Origin: Candidatus Micrarchaeota archaeon
Lineage (GTDB): Archaea; Micrarchaeota; Micrarchaeia; Anstonellales; Anstonellaceae
Length of the DNA: 25,379 nucleotides
Assembly (NCBI GenBank): GCA_043810635.1
Contig: JBDRNY010000057.1
Span: 1 to 25,379 of the forward strand
Reading direction: 5' to 3'
Position numbers and translations under genes: made by a program. The notes below the pieces were generated by a model. That model was not told the origin of the DNA. It worked only from the letters and a program-made list of their open reading frames with translations, and did no database searches. Of this stretch, positions 1 through 8,791 are shown piece after piece. Each line of letters opens with the position of its first letter. Positions within the stretch are counted from its first letter, which is position 1.

Positions 1-151
1 GATTGCAATGCTTCTTATAATTTATATCCTGATAATTTTGCCGGCAATATCATTGGTGCTTTATCCGATTTACTTTTTTTTGATGCTCGCCCCTTTTGCA
101 TCAATTGTTTTGCTTGCATTTTATGAAGCAAGCGAGGGAATGCTGAAGTAG
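1..151 (+). CDS. Partial CDS (3' end) of a hydrophobic membrane protein entering from the left edge
   Basis: Frame 2 is open from base 2 to TAG at 149-151 and reads IAMLLIIYILIILPAISLVLYPIYFFLMLALFASIVLLAFYEASEGMLK, two TM-like stretches. It is not in the ORF track. Confidence 0.45.
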   Translation, partial: IAMLLIIYILIILPAISLVLYPIYFFLMLAPFASIVLLAFYEASEGMLK

Positions 152-225
152 AATTTTTTATGCCATTCTCGTCAGTGTCGGTTGTATTAATTTTTTTTGA
201 AATCAATTATATTTTTGAAATAAAG

Positions 226-1209
226 TTAGTCTTCCCTTGTAATTATGTATTTTGCAACTGCTTCCAGTTCTTTTCTTTCCTCATTTTCATCAAATATTTT
301 CAATTCTGAAATTGCCTCTTCAACAAGAGTTTTTGCATATTCTTCCCCATATTTGAGGGAGTTGGTTGAGCGCATTTTTTCAATGCACCAATTTATCTGG
401 GAAGGGGAATTTTTCGGGGCGGAAAGTATTTTTTTCATTTTTTTTGCATCAGAAGGGGAGAGCTTTGGAATACAGTCAAGAACCATCAGGGTGCGCTTGC
501 CTTCCCTAATGTCCCCTCCGATTTCTTTTTTGTATTTTTTCTCTTCGCCTATTAAATTAAGCAAATCATCCTGCACCTGGAAAGCAAGCCCTATTTTATA
601 TCCGTAAGTTGCAAGCGAGGAGCATTGCTCAGGGGTGCCTCCGCCGAGAAGGGCGCCCACATTGCATGATGCTGAAATGAGGGAGGCGGTTTTTCCGCCG
701 ACCATTTGCATATAATCATCTTTGGTTATATTCCAATTATTGTTGTGGTGCCACGAAAGCTCTAATGCCTGGCCTTCAAGCACTGAAGTGAAAGAAGAGA
801 GAAGTATTTTCTGTGCTTGGAGGGAGCGGGGGGAGTTTATTTCAAGGGCGGCTTTCCAAACCATCATAAAAAGCCCGTCTCCTGCGTTAAGGGCGAGGGG
901 GATGCCGTGGGAAATGTGAAGACAGGGTTTTGCCCTCCTCATTTCAGAAGAGTCTTCAATATCATCGTGGATGAGGGTGAAATTATGGAATAATTCTATT
1001 GCTGCGGCAGCTGTAAGGGAGTCAGAATCTTTTCCGCCCACCATGCGGGAGCATGCAAGGCATAGGAGGGGGCGGAAGCGCTTTCCCCCGCGGGAAAGGA
1101 ATTCATGTATAAGCCCGTAAACCTGCGGAGGCTTTTTGCTTTTGGGTATAATGCGCTCTAATTCCGCCTCTACAAGCTTTTTGCGGGAATGGAAATTTTT
1201 TAATTTCAT
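226..1209 (-). CDS. Geranylgeranyl diphosphate synthase (polyprenyl synthetase family), ~327 aa
   Basis: Motifs GGKRFRP, FARM LIHDDIED..RR, GQ, KT and SARM FQVQDDLLN. Phe five residues before the FARM fits archaeal short-chain (C20) enzymes. Start reassigned to ATG 1209 (MKLKNF), with a TATA-like TTTATA ~25 bp upstream. Confidence 0.93.
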   Translation of the reverse strand: MKLKNFHSRKKLVEAELERIIPKSKKPPQVYGLIHEFLSRGGKRFRPLLCLACSRMVGGKDSDSLTAAAAIELFHNFTLIHDDIEDSSEMRRAKPCLHISHGIPLALNAGDGLFMMVWKAALEINSPRSLQAQKILLSSFTSVLEGQALELSWHHNNNWNITKDDYMQMVGGKTASLISASCNVGALLGGGTPEQCSSLATYGYKIGLAFQVQDDLLNLIGEEKKYKKEIGGDIREGKRTLMVLDCIPKLSPSDAKKMKKILSAPKNSPSQINWCIEKMRSTNSLKYGEEYAKTLVEEAISELKIFDENEERKELEAVAKYIITRED

Positions 1210-1381
1210 AGAAAAATATTTGGATGCATATAAATAAAAGGAGTGGCGGGAAAAGGGCGGGCGAATTTTTAAATAGGGTGAATATTGGTGGGGGGAAAGC
1301 AGGATGTGTATTCGGGTGAAATAAATATTGGTGGAGGGGTATTCAAAACTGATATAAATTCCCCGAATGAGATATATATCA

Positions 1382-3475
1382 ATGGATTTTAATGCAAAGC
1401 ACATTTTTGCAGGGCTTTTTTTGGCATTAGTAGTTGCAGGCGCGGTAATGATAATTGCACCTGAAGCGGAAAAGGGGGAGGAAATTGATGGGGAAGCGGG
1501 AGCCTGGCTTTCGCTGAAAGAAGTGAAGGAAGCAAATTATGGAAAAAACAATGTTGTGTGGGTAAATATTGAGGGAAATGTTGATGGAAGGGCGCATATA
1601 ATAGTGTATAACACTCCGCCCCCGAGAAAAATTGTTTTGCTGGAAGGAAAATGGGCAGGTGCAAATAATTTCAATGAATTTGGGGGGGTATTGCAAGAGA
1701 AGACAAGAGTGACGGGGTGGGGGTTTGAAACAAAAAATATTCAGGAATTGACTCCTGCGCAGGAAGGGAGGATGATAATTTTGCCTTCGGGTGCGTGGCC
1801 CTCGGAATTGGAAAGCGAGTGGGGGGAAAGGATTGGGGAAAACGATGTTTTGCTTTATATGGGCGTAAAGCAAAATATAAGCCTGGACAAATACGGGGGG
1901 GTGAGGGAAGGAAATGTTTTGAAAGAAGTGGTTGAGGGGGGAGAAGAAATTGGAAATGATATTGAGGAAACAGAATTTCAAGGAGTAAGGATATGGGTTG
2001 TTGGACATACATTAGATGAATTTGCAGATATTGAATTATTTGTTGACAATATTTTAATTGAAATGGAAAATTCTGGGGGGAGAGGGAAAGTAGGGGAGAA
2101 TTGGCATGAAATTAAGGAAGGAATGAAAGATATTGTTTTTGTGAAGGGGGAAGGAACGGAAAAATGGATGAGGGTGAGTGTGAGGGGGGAGGAAGGAGAG
2201 TTGGTTAGGCTGTGGGATGTGAAAGCAGAGCAGAATTTGGGGGTGATAGAAGGGCCTGAAAGCGTGGTGCCTTCTGCACCAGCATCATTTCAAATAAGGA
2301 TATGGCCGGATTATTTGCAAGAGGAAGAAATTGAATACAAAGCAGTGACATATTCTGGGGAGGGGGAAAAATTTTCAGAAATTGTGGTTGGTGGGGGAAG
2401 CATAGTTTCTGGAAAAGGAAGCGGGGGCAAAATTGCATGGGTAGGCTCGTTTGTGCAGTCGGAATGGCCGGGTACTGAATACGGAATTATAGAAATAGAA
2501 GACCAGTTTGGGCGGGTTTATGCGCGTGCTGTCGTGAAAATGCCGAAATATGAACTAATTGCGCCTGAAAAAGAAGGGTTTGAAAGAAAATATGTTATTT
2601 TGAAAGATGGGGATGGAATTAAGGAAACAAAAATTTTAATTAAAAAAGAAGGGGGGAAATGGGCAGAATTTATAGTGCATGGCGGGGTTGTGGTGGTTGC
2701 GTCGGAATGGGAAGAAGGGGAGAATAAAATTTATTTCAAATTAAAAGAAACTGTTTTAACGCACAGCTGGGTTGAATGGGAAGGGGGAAGGTGGCTGGTT
2801 TTTGCTGAGTGGGGGCTGCCCGGAATTTTGCTTGTAGGAATAGTATATCTTGTTTTGCGCCCGGGCAAAAAATCTGTTTTTAGAATAGTTGTTCCGGAAT
2901 TTGTGCAATTAAAGCAGGGGCGGATAGAGGTAAGCAGGAAAGAATTATTGAGAATTGCAAAAAAAGCAATGCGTTCTTCTGAAATTATGGAAAAACTCCT
3001 GGAAATAAAAAAAGTTGGAAAAAATATTGCAATAAGCCAGGAAAGCCTTGAAAGCGCGCTTGGAATTTTGGTAAAAGAAGGAAAGCTTTTGCATTATGAA
3101 GAATATTATGCGCCCGCAAAAGGAAACAGTTTGGAGGGGTTGAGGGGGGCGGTGATGGCAATGCATTTGAAAGACGGGCTTATTGAAAGGGGAATTAGAA
3201 TAATGCGGAAAAAAGAGAAGGGTGTTTTTAAGGATGGGAGGGGGAGGGAATGGATTGTTTGGAATAAGGGGAGATGGGGGAAATTGCTGAAGAAAAATGC
3301 AAAAATGCCGGATTTTATTGTTTTTGAAAATGAAAAGCAGATGCAAAAATTTGAAGAAGAGCTTTCTGAAAAAGGAGGAGTGGGGGCGGGCAGGGTGAAG
3401 CTGGCAAAAATAAATGACAAGCTTGTGCTTGCAACTATTGATAAGGTGGGGGAGGTTTGTATTGCAGGCAAATAA
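1382..3475 (+). CDS. Large membrane-anchored hypothetical protein (N-terminal TM, beta-rich extracellular region, second TM, basic cytoplasmic domain)
   Basis: Long ORF with hydrophobic segments HIFAGLFLALVVAGAVMII and WLVFAEWGLPGILLVGIVYLVL followed by RPGKK. Start at 1382 or 1367. Confidence 0.8.
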   Translation: MDFNAKHIFAGLFLALVVAGAVMIIAPEAEKGEEIDGEAGAWLSLKEVKEANYGKNNVVWVNIEGNVDGRAHIIVYNTPPPRKIVLLEGKWAGANNFNEFGGVLQEKTRVTGWGFETKNIQELTPAQEGRMIILPSGAWPSELESEWGERIGENDVLLYMGVKQNISLDKYGGVREGNVLKEVVEGGEEIGNDIEETEFQGVRIWVVGHTLDEFADIELFVDNILIEMENSGGRGKVGENWHEIKEGMKDIVFVKGEGTEKWMRVSVRGEEGELVRLWDVKAEQNLGVIEGPESVVPSAPASFQIRIWPDYLQEEEIEYKAVTYSGEGEKFSEIVVGGGSIVSGKGSGGKIAWVGSFVQSEWPGTEYGIIEIEDQFGRVYARAVVKMPKYELIAPEKEGFERKYVILKDGDGIKETKILIKKEGGKWAEFIVHGGVVVVASEWEEGENKIYFKLKETVLTHSWVEWEGGRWLVFAEWGLPGILLVGIVYLVLRPGKKSVFRIVVPEFVQLKQGRIEVSRKELLRIAKKAMRSSEIMEKLLEIKKVGKNIAISQESLESALGILVKEGKLLHYEEYYAPAKGNSLEGLRGAVMAMHLKDGLIERGIRIMRKKEKGVFKDGRGREWIVWNKGRWGKLLKKNAKMPDFIVFENEKQMQKFEEELSEKGGVGAGRVKLAKINDKLVLATIDKVGEVCIAGK

Positions 3476-3509
3476 TCGGTTTTTATAGTTTGGGGGAAGA
3501 GTTAGAATT

Positions 3510-3869
3510 ATGGCAATGAGGCAATTTATACTCAAGAGAAAGCCTACTGACATTATTCTTTGTTTGAAAAATACTGAAAAAAAATGGTATCCTTCAAATA
3601 TTGCAAAAGAGTCGGGCACTTCTTATGTTTATGTTACAAACTGGCTTGCCAAGCTGGAAAAGGCGGGTTGGGTAAAGTTTGAGAAAAAAGGGAGATTGAA
3701 GATGGTTGTGCTTAGCGAGCAGGGGGCAGATATTGCAAGCTTGCTGGATGAATTGGTAAAAAAAATGGAAGCGCATGAGAAAGAGCAGGAAAGGAAGGAA
3801 AAAAAGGAAGAAGAAGGCACGACAAAAGAGGTTGGAGGGAAAGAGAGTGGAATCGGCTTGCAAAAATAA
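3510..3869 (+). CDS. Winged helix-turn-helix transcriptional regulator (MarR/ArsR-like)
   Basis: YPSNIAKESGTSYVYVTNWLAKLEKAGWVKFEKKGRLKMVVLSEQG matches the HTH + wing pattern; charged C-terminal tail. Confidence 0.85.
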   Translation: MAMRQFILKRKPTDIILCLKNTEKKWYPSNIAKESGTSYVYVTNWLAKLEKAGWVKFEKKGRLKMVVLSEQGADIASLLDELVKKMEAHEKEQERKEKKEEEGTTKEVGGKESGIGLQK

Positions 3870-3873
3870 ATTT

Positions 3874-4305
3874 TTACACTACCCGCAATTCCACTGATTT
3901 TCGCACTGAATTCAAAAGATGAGTGTAATCCCTGTAATGGGAATTGGCGGTTGTAAATATTCTGTAGGTGCCGGAGGGAGTTTGGTTGTTTGCAGAAATG
4001 TTTACTGAAAGGGTCCGCCCTTTGCCTGCTTCAAGGTTTCCGAGGCGGAGCTCTTTTGTTTTGTGAAGCCCCATCTGGTCAAAGCCAAGGCTTTTTGGTA
4101 TTTCCACCACAACCGAGCATATATGGTCTGAATTTGATATGTTTTTCAGGTTGATGACAAGCTCGCAGGAATTTTCGCTTCTTGCGCGCAATCTTACGGG
4201 GCGGAAAGAAGTGGATAATGTGAATGGAACAGCGCGGGAAGAGCCCCCTTTTTCTGAATCAGATTCTTTTGAGATTTTATCAACTATACTTTCTATAAAG
4301 CCCAT
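3874..4305 (-). CDS. Hypothetical cytoplasmic protein with probable Ig-like beta-sandwich
   Basis: ATG 4305 is preceded by a GGTG RBS. Strand pattern ELVINLKN, LGNLEAGKGRTLSVNI, TPSGTYRI is typical of CARDB/Ig-like domains. No signal peptide. Confidence 0.7.
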   Translation of the reverse strand: MGFIESIVDKISKESDSEKGGSSRAVPFTLSTSFRPVRLRARSENSCELVINLKNISNSDHICSVVVEIPKSLGFDQMGLHKTKELRLGNLEAGKGRTLSVNISANNQTPSGTYRIFTTANSHYRDYTHLLNSVRKSVELRVV

Positions 4306-4397
4306 ATTAACACCAAAGCAAGTAAAGAAGCTGAATTTGATAAACATATCGTTGGTTATGTTTCTAGAAAATGTTGGTTTGCAACAGAGTGATTGTT

Positions 4398-5102
4398 TTA
4401 AAATTCAAATGTTAACCCGCTTCTGGCATATCTGAAAACAAATCCTTTGCCTTCGTCGGAGTGGGCTTTGCTCAGCACCCCGCATAAGGCAAAAAATTCC
4501 CATCGGTCGGAGCTTGCAGACAGCTTGGCTTCGACTCCTCTTGCAAACACAAATGGTTTCGCCCAGGGGTAGTAGTTTATTATCCCCGCAAGACGGGCGT
4601 GCAGAACTCCCTGTTCTGTCACTATTGCGGGTTTGAAATAGAAGCGCACCCCGTTGCCGCCCTGTGGCACTTCAAAAGCAATTGCACTTGCGCCAATATA
4701 AAGGGATTTTGCTGTCTCAAAAAAATATCCACCCTCAATTCCCCAACCGATGTTTTGGGATGAGTTGCGGACAAGCGCGAGATGGTATTTGCAGTTTTTG
4801 CCCAAATGCCCGAATTTCAGAAAAAATTCATCATGGAGAAGATTATCGCCAGCAATTGCGAAAATTCCAAACTCCATAAAATTTGATAGATAGTATGCGC
4901 CCGCCGATTTGCTGAACCTGCAGTCTACCCCGATGCCTGCAAGGGAACGGCTTTTATTTATGTCACGCTGCCAAAAGCAGGACAGACGGGCTTTTTCTTT
5001 CGGCGGCTCTGCAAGGACTTGGAATGAGGAAAAAGCCAGTTTGGCCGCAATCACTGCAGCAACAAGAAATTTTGCCGCCTTCCCTGCCTGTTTTTTGAGC
5101 AT
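4398..5102 (-). CDS. Secreted beta-strand-rich protein, putative beta-barrel (OMP-like), 234 aa
   Basis: GGTG RBS before ATG 5102; Sec-type signal ending VLA-EP; about 13 amphipathic strands; ends RSGLTFEF. Confidence 0.6.
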   Translation of the reverse strand: MLKKQAGKAAKFLVAAVIAAKLAFSSFQVLAEPPKEKARLSCFWQRDINKSRSLAGIGVDCRFSKSAGAYYLSNFMEFGIFAIAGDNLLHDEFFLKFGHLGKNCKYHLALVRNSSQNIGWGIEGGYFFETAKSLYIGASAIAFEVPQGGNGVRFYFKPAIVTEQGVLHARLAGIINYYPWAKPFVFARGVEAKLSASSDRWEFFALCGVLSKAHSDEGKGFVFRYARSGLTFEF

Positions 5103-5217
5103 AAACACCAGCCATGTAGATTATTTTACCATCAGGGATTTCTCGGCCTGTGGATGCCTGTTTATACAACCTTATCCAGTAGGAGAAACGCCGCCAAATA
5201 ATAAATACACTCCTGTT

Positions 5218-6681
5218 TTATTGCCTTACGCTGAAATTTCTCAGCCAGCCTAAATCGTTTCTGTAAAATGTGCGTATATCGTCTATTTTATTGGAAAGCA
5301 TGAGCGGGCGCTCGAGGGAAAGCCCCCATGCAAGCACCGGGAATTTGTTGCAAATAGGCTCGCTTACTTCTGGGCGGAATATGCCCGCGCCCCCGAGCTC
5401 TATCCATTCCTTTCTTTTATTATGAAACACTTCAACTTCAAGCGAGGGTTCAGTATAAGGGAAATAAGAGGGGCGGAATCTTATTTTTTCAAATCCCAGT
5501 TTGGAATAAAATTGCTTTAAAGTGCCGAGAAGGTGGGGAAAGGTTGCATTTTCCCATGCGATTATGCCCTCTACCTGGAAAAATTCTGCCAAATGCTTGT
5601 AATCTGTTGCCTCATTTCGAAATACTTTTCCTACTGAAAAGAATTTTCTGGGGGGAGGGTTATTTGCATTTTCAAAAAGGGTGCGGGCGCTTACTGAAGT
5701 TGTGTGGGTGCGCAGCACCTGTTGGCAGGCGTCGGATTCACTCCATTCATATTCCCACCCTTTTTTATGTGCAGAAGAGACGCGGGATACTAAAGTTTTT
5801 TCCGGGAGGGATGTTTTTTCATTTAAATAAAATGTGTCTGCCAAATCACGGGCAGGATGGTCCTGGGGCTGGAATAAGGAATCAAAATTCCAAAAAGCAG
5901 AGTCTATAAGCGGGCCGTCCATCTGCTCAAAACCCATTTGCGCAAAAATATTGCATATATGCTCCCGGAGGCGGGAGATGGGATGTCTGCGGGCGGCGAT
6001 TTTTTCCGAAAGGGGGGCAGAAATATTGTATTTTGCAAGCTTTTTGTTTTTCCATGAGCCTGAAAGAAGGGTTTTTCTATCGAGCGTGCCTATTAATTTT
6101 TCAGAAGGGAGGGAAGTGAGGGTGGAAGCGGTGGAAGCGCCTTTTTTAGTAAGTGTTAGAAGAGTATCCTGCACTTTTTCAGTTTTTTTAAGCAAGCCAC
6201 GGTGCACAAATGAGGAAAGGGTTGAATTGTCAAGCGAGGAAAGCTGCTGGGGGTTGGGGGGAAAAAAGAAATACTGCCTTTTTTCAAATGCAATTTTTCC
6301 TTTTTCAGTAAGCTTTAGAATTTTGGATTGTATTTTTACCCATCCCTGCTTGAGGGCGTGCGGAAGCCCGAATTTTTTTTCATTTTCATTTAAAGAGGAA
6401 AGGGGGGCTTCGGACGGGGTTTTGGATGCAAGAGCTTTCAAAATTTTCACTTCAGGAAGCCCGCTTTTCTGGGCTTCTGAGCCTTCGGAAGTGTAGGAAT
6501 AAAGGGTGGATATTTTGTTTTCTTTTTTTAACATGCCTTCGCCGGAAAGCTCTTCCACTGAAACGCGCAAAGTGTCTGGGGAAACCCTGAATTCTGCGGA
6601 AATAGTTAGAATTGTTGAGGATTTGGATGGTTTTGAAGAAAGGAATAATAGCAATTTTTTGTCTGCTTCGGAAAAATGCAT
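5218..6681 (-). CDS. pheS: Phenylalanine--tRNA ligase alpha subunit (archaeal type with N-terminal wHTH region)
   Basis: WNFDSLFQPQDHPARD, LRTHTT, FRNE, EFFQVEG, RFRPSYFPYTEPS, ELGGAGIFRPE, AWGLSLER. Confidence 0.97.
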   Translation of the reverse strand: MHFSEADKKLLLFLSSKPSKSSTILTISAEFRVSPDTLRVSVEELSGEGMLKKENKISTLYSYTSEGSEAQKSGLPEVKILKALASKTPSEAPLSSLNENEKKFGLPHALKQGWVKIQSKILKLTEKGKIAFEKRQYFFFPPNPQQLSSLDNSTLSSFVHRGLLKKTEKVQDTLLTLTKKGASTASTLTSLPSEKLIGTLDRKTLLSGSWKNKKLAKYNISAPLSEKIAARRHPISRLREHICNIFAQMGFEQMDGPLIDSAFWNFDSLFQPQDHPARDLADTFYLNEKTSLPEKTLVSRVSSAHKKGWEYEWSESDACQQVLRTHTTSVSARTLFENANNPPPRKFFSVGKVFRNEATDYKHLAEFFQVEGIIAWENATFPHLLGTLKQFYSKLGFEKIRFRPSYFPYTEPSLEVEVFHNKRKEWIELGGAGIFRPEVSEPICNKFPVLAWGLSLERPLMLSNKIDDIRTFYRNDLGWLRNFSVRQ

Positions 6682-6685
6682 AAAA

Positions 6686-7531
6686 TCACTTTGATTCCAG
6701 GGAATGGAGCCAGATAAATGAGAGGAGTATTGAAAGGGTTGCCAATATATAGGCTATTCCTGCGTATGAAAAAAGAGTGTCAAATATTTTTTTCTGCAAA
6801 TATGAAAAGAAACGGGTGATTTCCTCTTCAAGGGATTGCTCTATTTCATAAGACATGCCGAATTGGGAAAGGGTTTGGCCTGACCATACAAAATTCCGCA
6901 TATTCCCGACATAATAATTGTTTCCTGTTTTTGAATCAAAGCGGAACAGCTCTTTTTCTGCTTCATCAAAATTGTCAGGCACTTTGCTGAAAGTGAGGCG
7001 GGTTGCCTCGTCAGGCACAGTTATTTCAATTGAAGTGCCTTGTGAAAGTATGATGTCGTCTGTTTTTGAGCGGTTGAATGCAAATACTTCGTTTCTTAGG
7101 GAGAATTTTGTTGTGCGGGGCTTGTACATATCCATATCCACAATGCCGGAAGATTGGTTGTTTATCGGGTAGACGTCATAATCAAGCACCAGAGTTGCAT
7201 AACATGTTTGGGCGATATTATTGCAGCTGTCAACAGATTCTGAGCGCACCTGGAGCTCTGAAAGCTCGACATATGCCCTGCTTGCATGGGTGCGGAGGTC
7301 GGAGATGCCTGTGCGGTTTATCCATGTGGAAAGGTCGTTAAATACCCGGGATTGTTGGTAAAGGTTTATTGACTGCTCGCCGGTAATGAAAAGGCGGGCT
7401 TCTTCTACAGCATGCGCGGTTCCGTCGGGGTTGAGGGTAATGCTTATTGTTAAGGAGCGCAATTCGAATTCTGCATATAATGCGCAGAATAGCAGAACTA
7501 GTGTAAGGAATGTAATATTGGCTTTTCGCAT
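6686..7531 (-). CDS. Surface hypothetical protein with signal peptide and C-terminal TM anchor
   Basis: N-terminal MRK + hydrophobic core ending ALYA; C-terminal AGIAYILATLSILLSFIWL; 4 bp gap to pheS. Confidence 0.8.
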   Translation of the reverse strand: MRKANITFLTLVLLFCALYAEFELRSLTISITLNPDGTAHAVEEARLFITGEQSINLYQQSRVFNDLSTWINRTGISDLRTHASRAYVELSELQVRSESVDSCNNIAQTCYATLVLDYDVYPINNQSSGIVDMDMYKPRTTKFSLRNEVFAFNRSKTDDIILSQGTSIEITVPDEATRLTFSKVPDNFDEAEKELFRFDSKTGNNYYVGNMRNFVWSGQTLSQFGMSYEIEQSLEEEITRFFSYLQKKIFDTLFSYAGIAYILATLSILLSFIWLHSLESK

Positions 7532-7638
7532 ATCTGAGGATAAGCTTTAGTAGCTTAAATATGTTTATGCGGAAAAGTGTGGCAAAAAATTAAAAATAGT
7601 CGAGTTTATATATAGGCAAAGGAAAATGGGTTTTTTGG

Positions 7639-8316
7639 TTGAATGTGATCCAATACCTTGGGCATTCGTCATTCAGGATTGCGCTAGGGGATACTGTCTG
7701 CATTATTAATCCAGTAATATCTGATAGGATAGGCGGGGAGAGAAGAATTGTGCCTTCTGCATTGAATTTGAGGGAAATAAAAAAATGTGATTTGATACTT
7801 TTAACAAGCGAGGCGCAGGACCATTGTGAACCTGCCACTGTTGAGGAGATTGTTGAAAAAACTTATGCGTCAGTAATCGCCCCAAAGCCCGCGCTTGCAA
7901 AAATAAATATAAGCGAGAAATTTAAGGTGGATGTAAGGGTGGGAGACAGGTTTTCAATAAAAGGAGTGGATGTTAGCATAAACAAAGCAGTGCACCCCCA
8001 GGCAGAATATCCTGTGGGTTATGGCATTAAGGGGGGAAAATGGAGAGTGTATCATGCAGGGGGGACATATTCATTTACAAACATGGCCTCGATAAAATGT
8101 GATGTTGCATTGCTCCCTATAGGGGGAACATATACTATGGACCCTTTTGCCGCAGCAAACGCATGCAAAGAAATAAGGCCGAAATATGTTGTGCCCATGA
8201 ATTATGATACTGTGCCGAAAATAAGGCAGGATGTGTCTGAATTTACAAAAGATTTGCCATCATGCACAAAACCGCTTATATTAAAGCCAGGGGCAAGCGC
8301 AAGGCTGCCGGATTAG
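7639..8316 (+). CDS. MBL-fold protein (UPF0173-like) with degenerate metal-binding motifs
   Basis: Scaffold YLGHSSFRI, CDLILLT, YHAG-T, ALLPIGGTYTMDP, PKYVVPM is intact; HxHxDH is replaced by SEAQDH. TTG start. Confidence 0.85.
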   Translation: MNVIQYLGHSSFRIALGDTVCIINPVISDRIGGERRIVPSALNLREIKKCDLILLTSEAQDHCEPATVEEIVEKTYASVIAPKPALAKINISEKFKVDVRVGDRFSIKGVDVSINKAVHPQAEYPVGYGIKGGKWRVYHAGGTYSFTNMASIKCDVALLPIGGTYTMDPFAAANACKEIRPKYVVPMNYDTVPKIRQDVSEFTKDLPSCTKPLILKPGASARLPD

Positions 8317-8375
8317 GCAACTGGGCGTATTAAAAGTTTTTGTGAAAAAATAGAGGAATATATGAGGTGTTTTAG

Positions 8376-8779
8376 ATGATTACTGGCATTAGGATAGACA
8401 AGGTGGAAGCAAAAAGAGAGACAAAAACGAGGATGTTAAGGGGCTGGATGTAAATATTGGGATTGATGATGTTAAAGTGAACGGCCCTGAAGTAGAAATA
8501 AAATTTTCATATACTGCCACTTACCAAGAGGGAGTGGGCACCCTTAAAATGAATGGTGCGTTGCTTGCGCATGAAGAGGAAAAAAAGGCAAAAGAAATTG
8601 CAGATAACTGGAAGAAAGACAAGAAGCTGCCTGATGAATTCTCTGAAATGGTATTGAATGCAATTAATTTCACCTGCGGTACAAACGGAGTGCTTGTGGT
8701 AAGGCCGGTTAATCTTGCCCCGCCCATGATTCCGCCGAGGATTCAGCTGAAAAAAGGCGGCGCAACGGCTAAAAAATAA
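8376..8779 (+). pseudogene. Conserved archaeal hypothetical protein (~133 aa, possibly SecB-like fold) split by a frameshift near 8411-8427
   Basis: GAGGTG RBS then ATG 8376 (MITGIRIDKVEAKR). The sequence continues in another frame as DKNEDVKGLDVNIGIDDVKVNGPEVEIKF..., joining the 8477-8779 ORF. Could be an assembly error. Confidence 0.75.
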
Positions 8780-8791
8780 ATTTTAATTTTT

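Noticed and set aside
15..206. 63-aa minus-strand ORF
   Set aside because: TTG start, no motifs, and antisense to a more plausible membrane-protein frame.
1210..1404. 65-aa N-terminal extension of GGPP synthase in the ORF track
   Set aside because: It overlaps the divergent promoter and the opposite gene; family similarity starts at Met 1209.
8405..8430. Programmed -1 ribosomal frameshift
   Set aside because: No X-XXY-YYZ heptamer in the zero frame and no evident downstream stimulatory structure.
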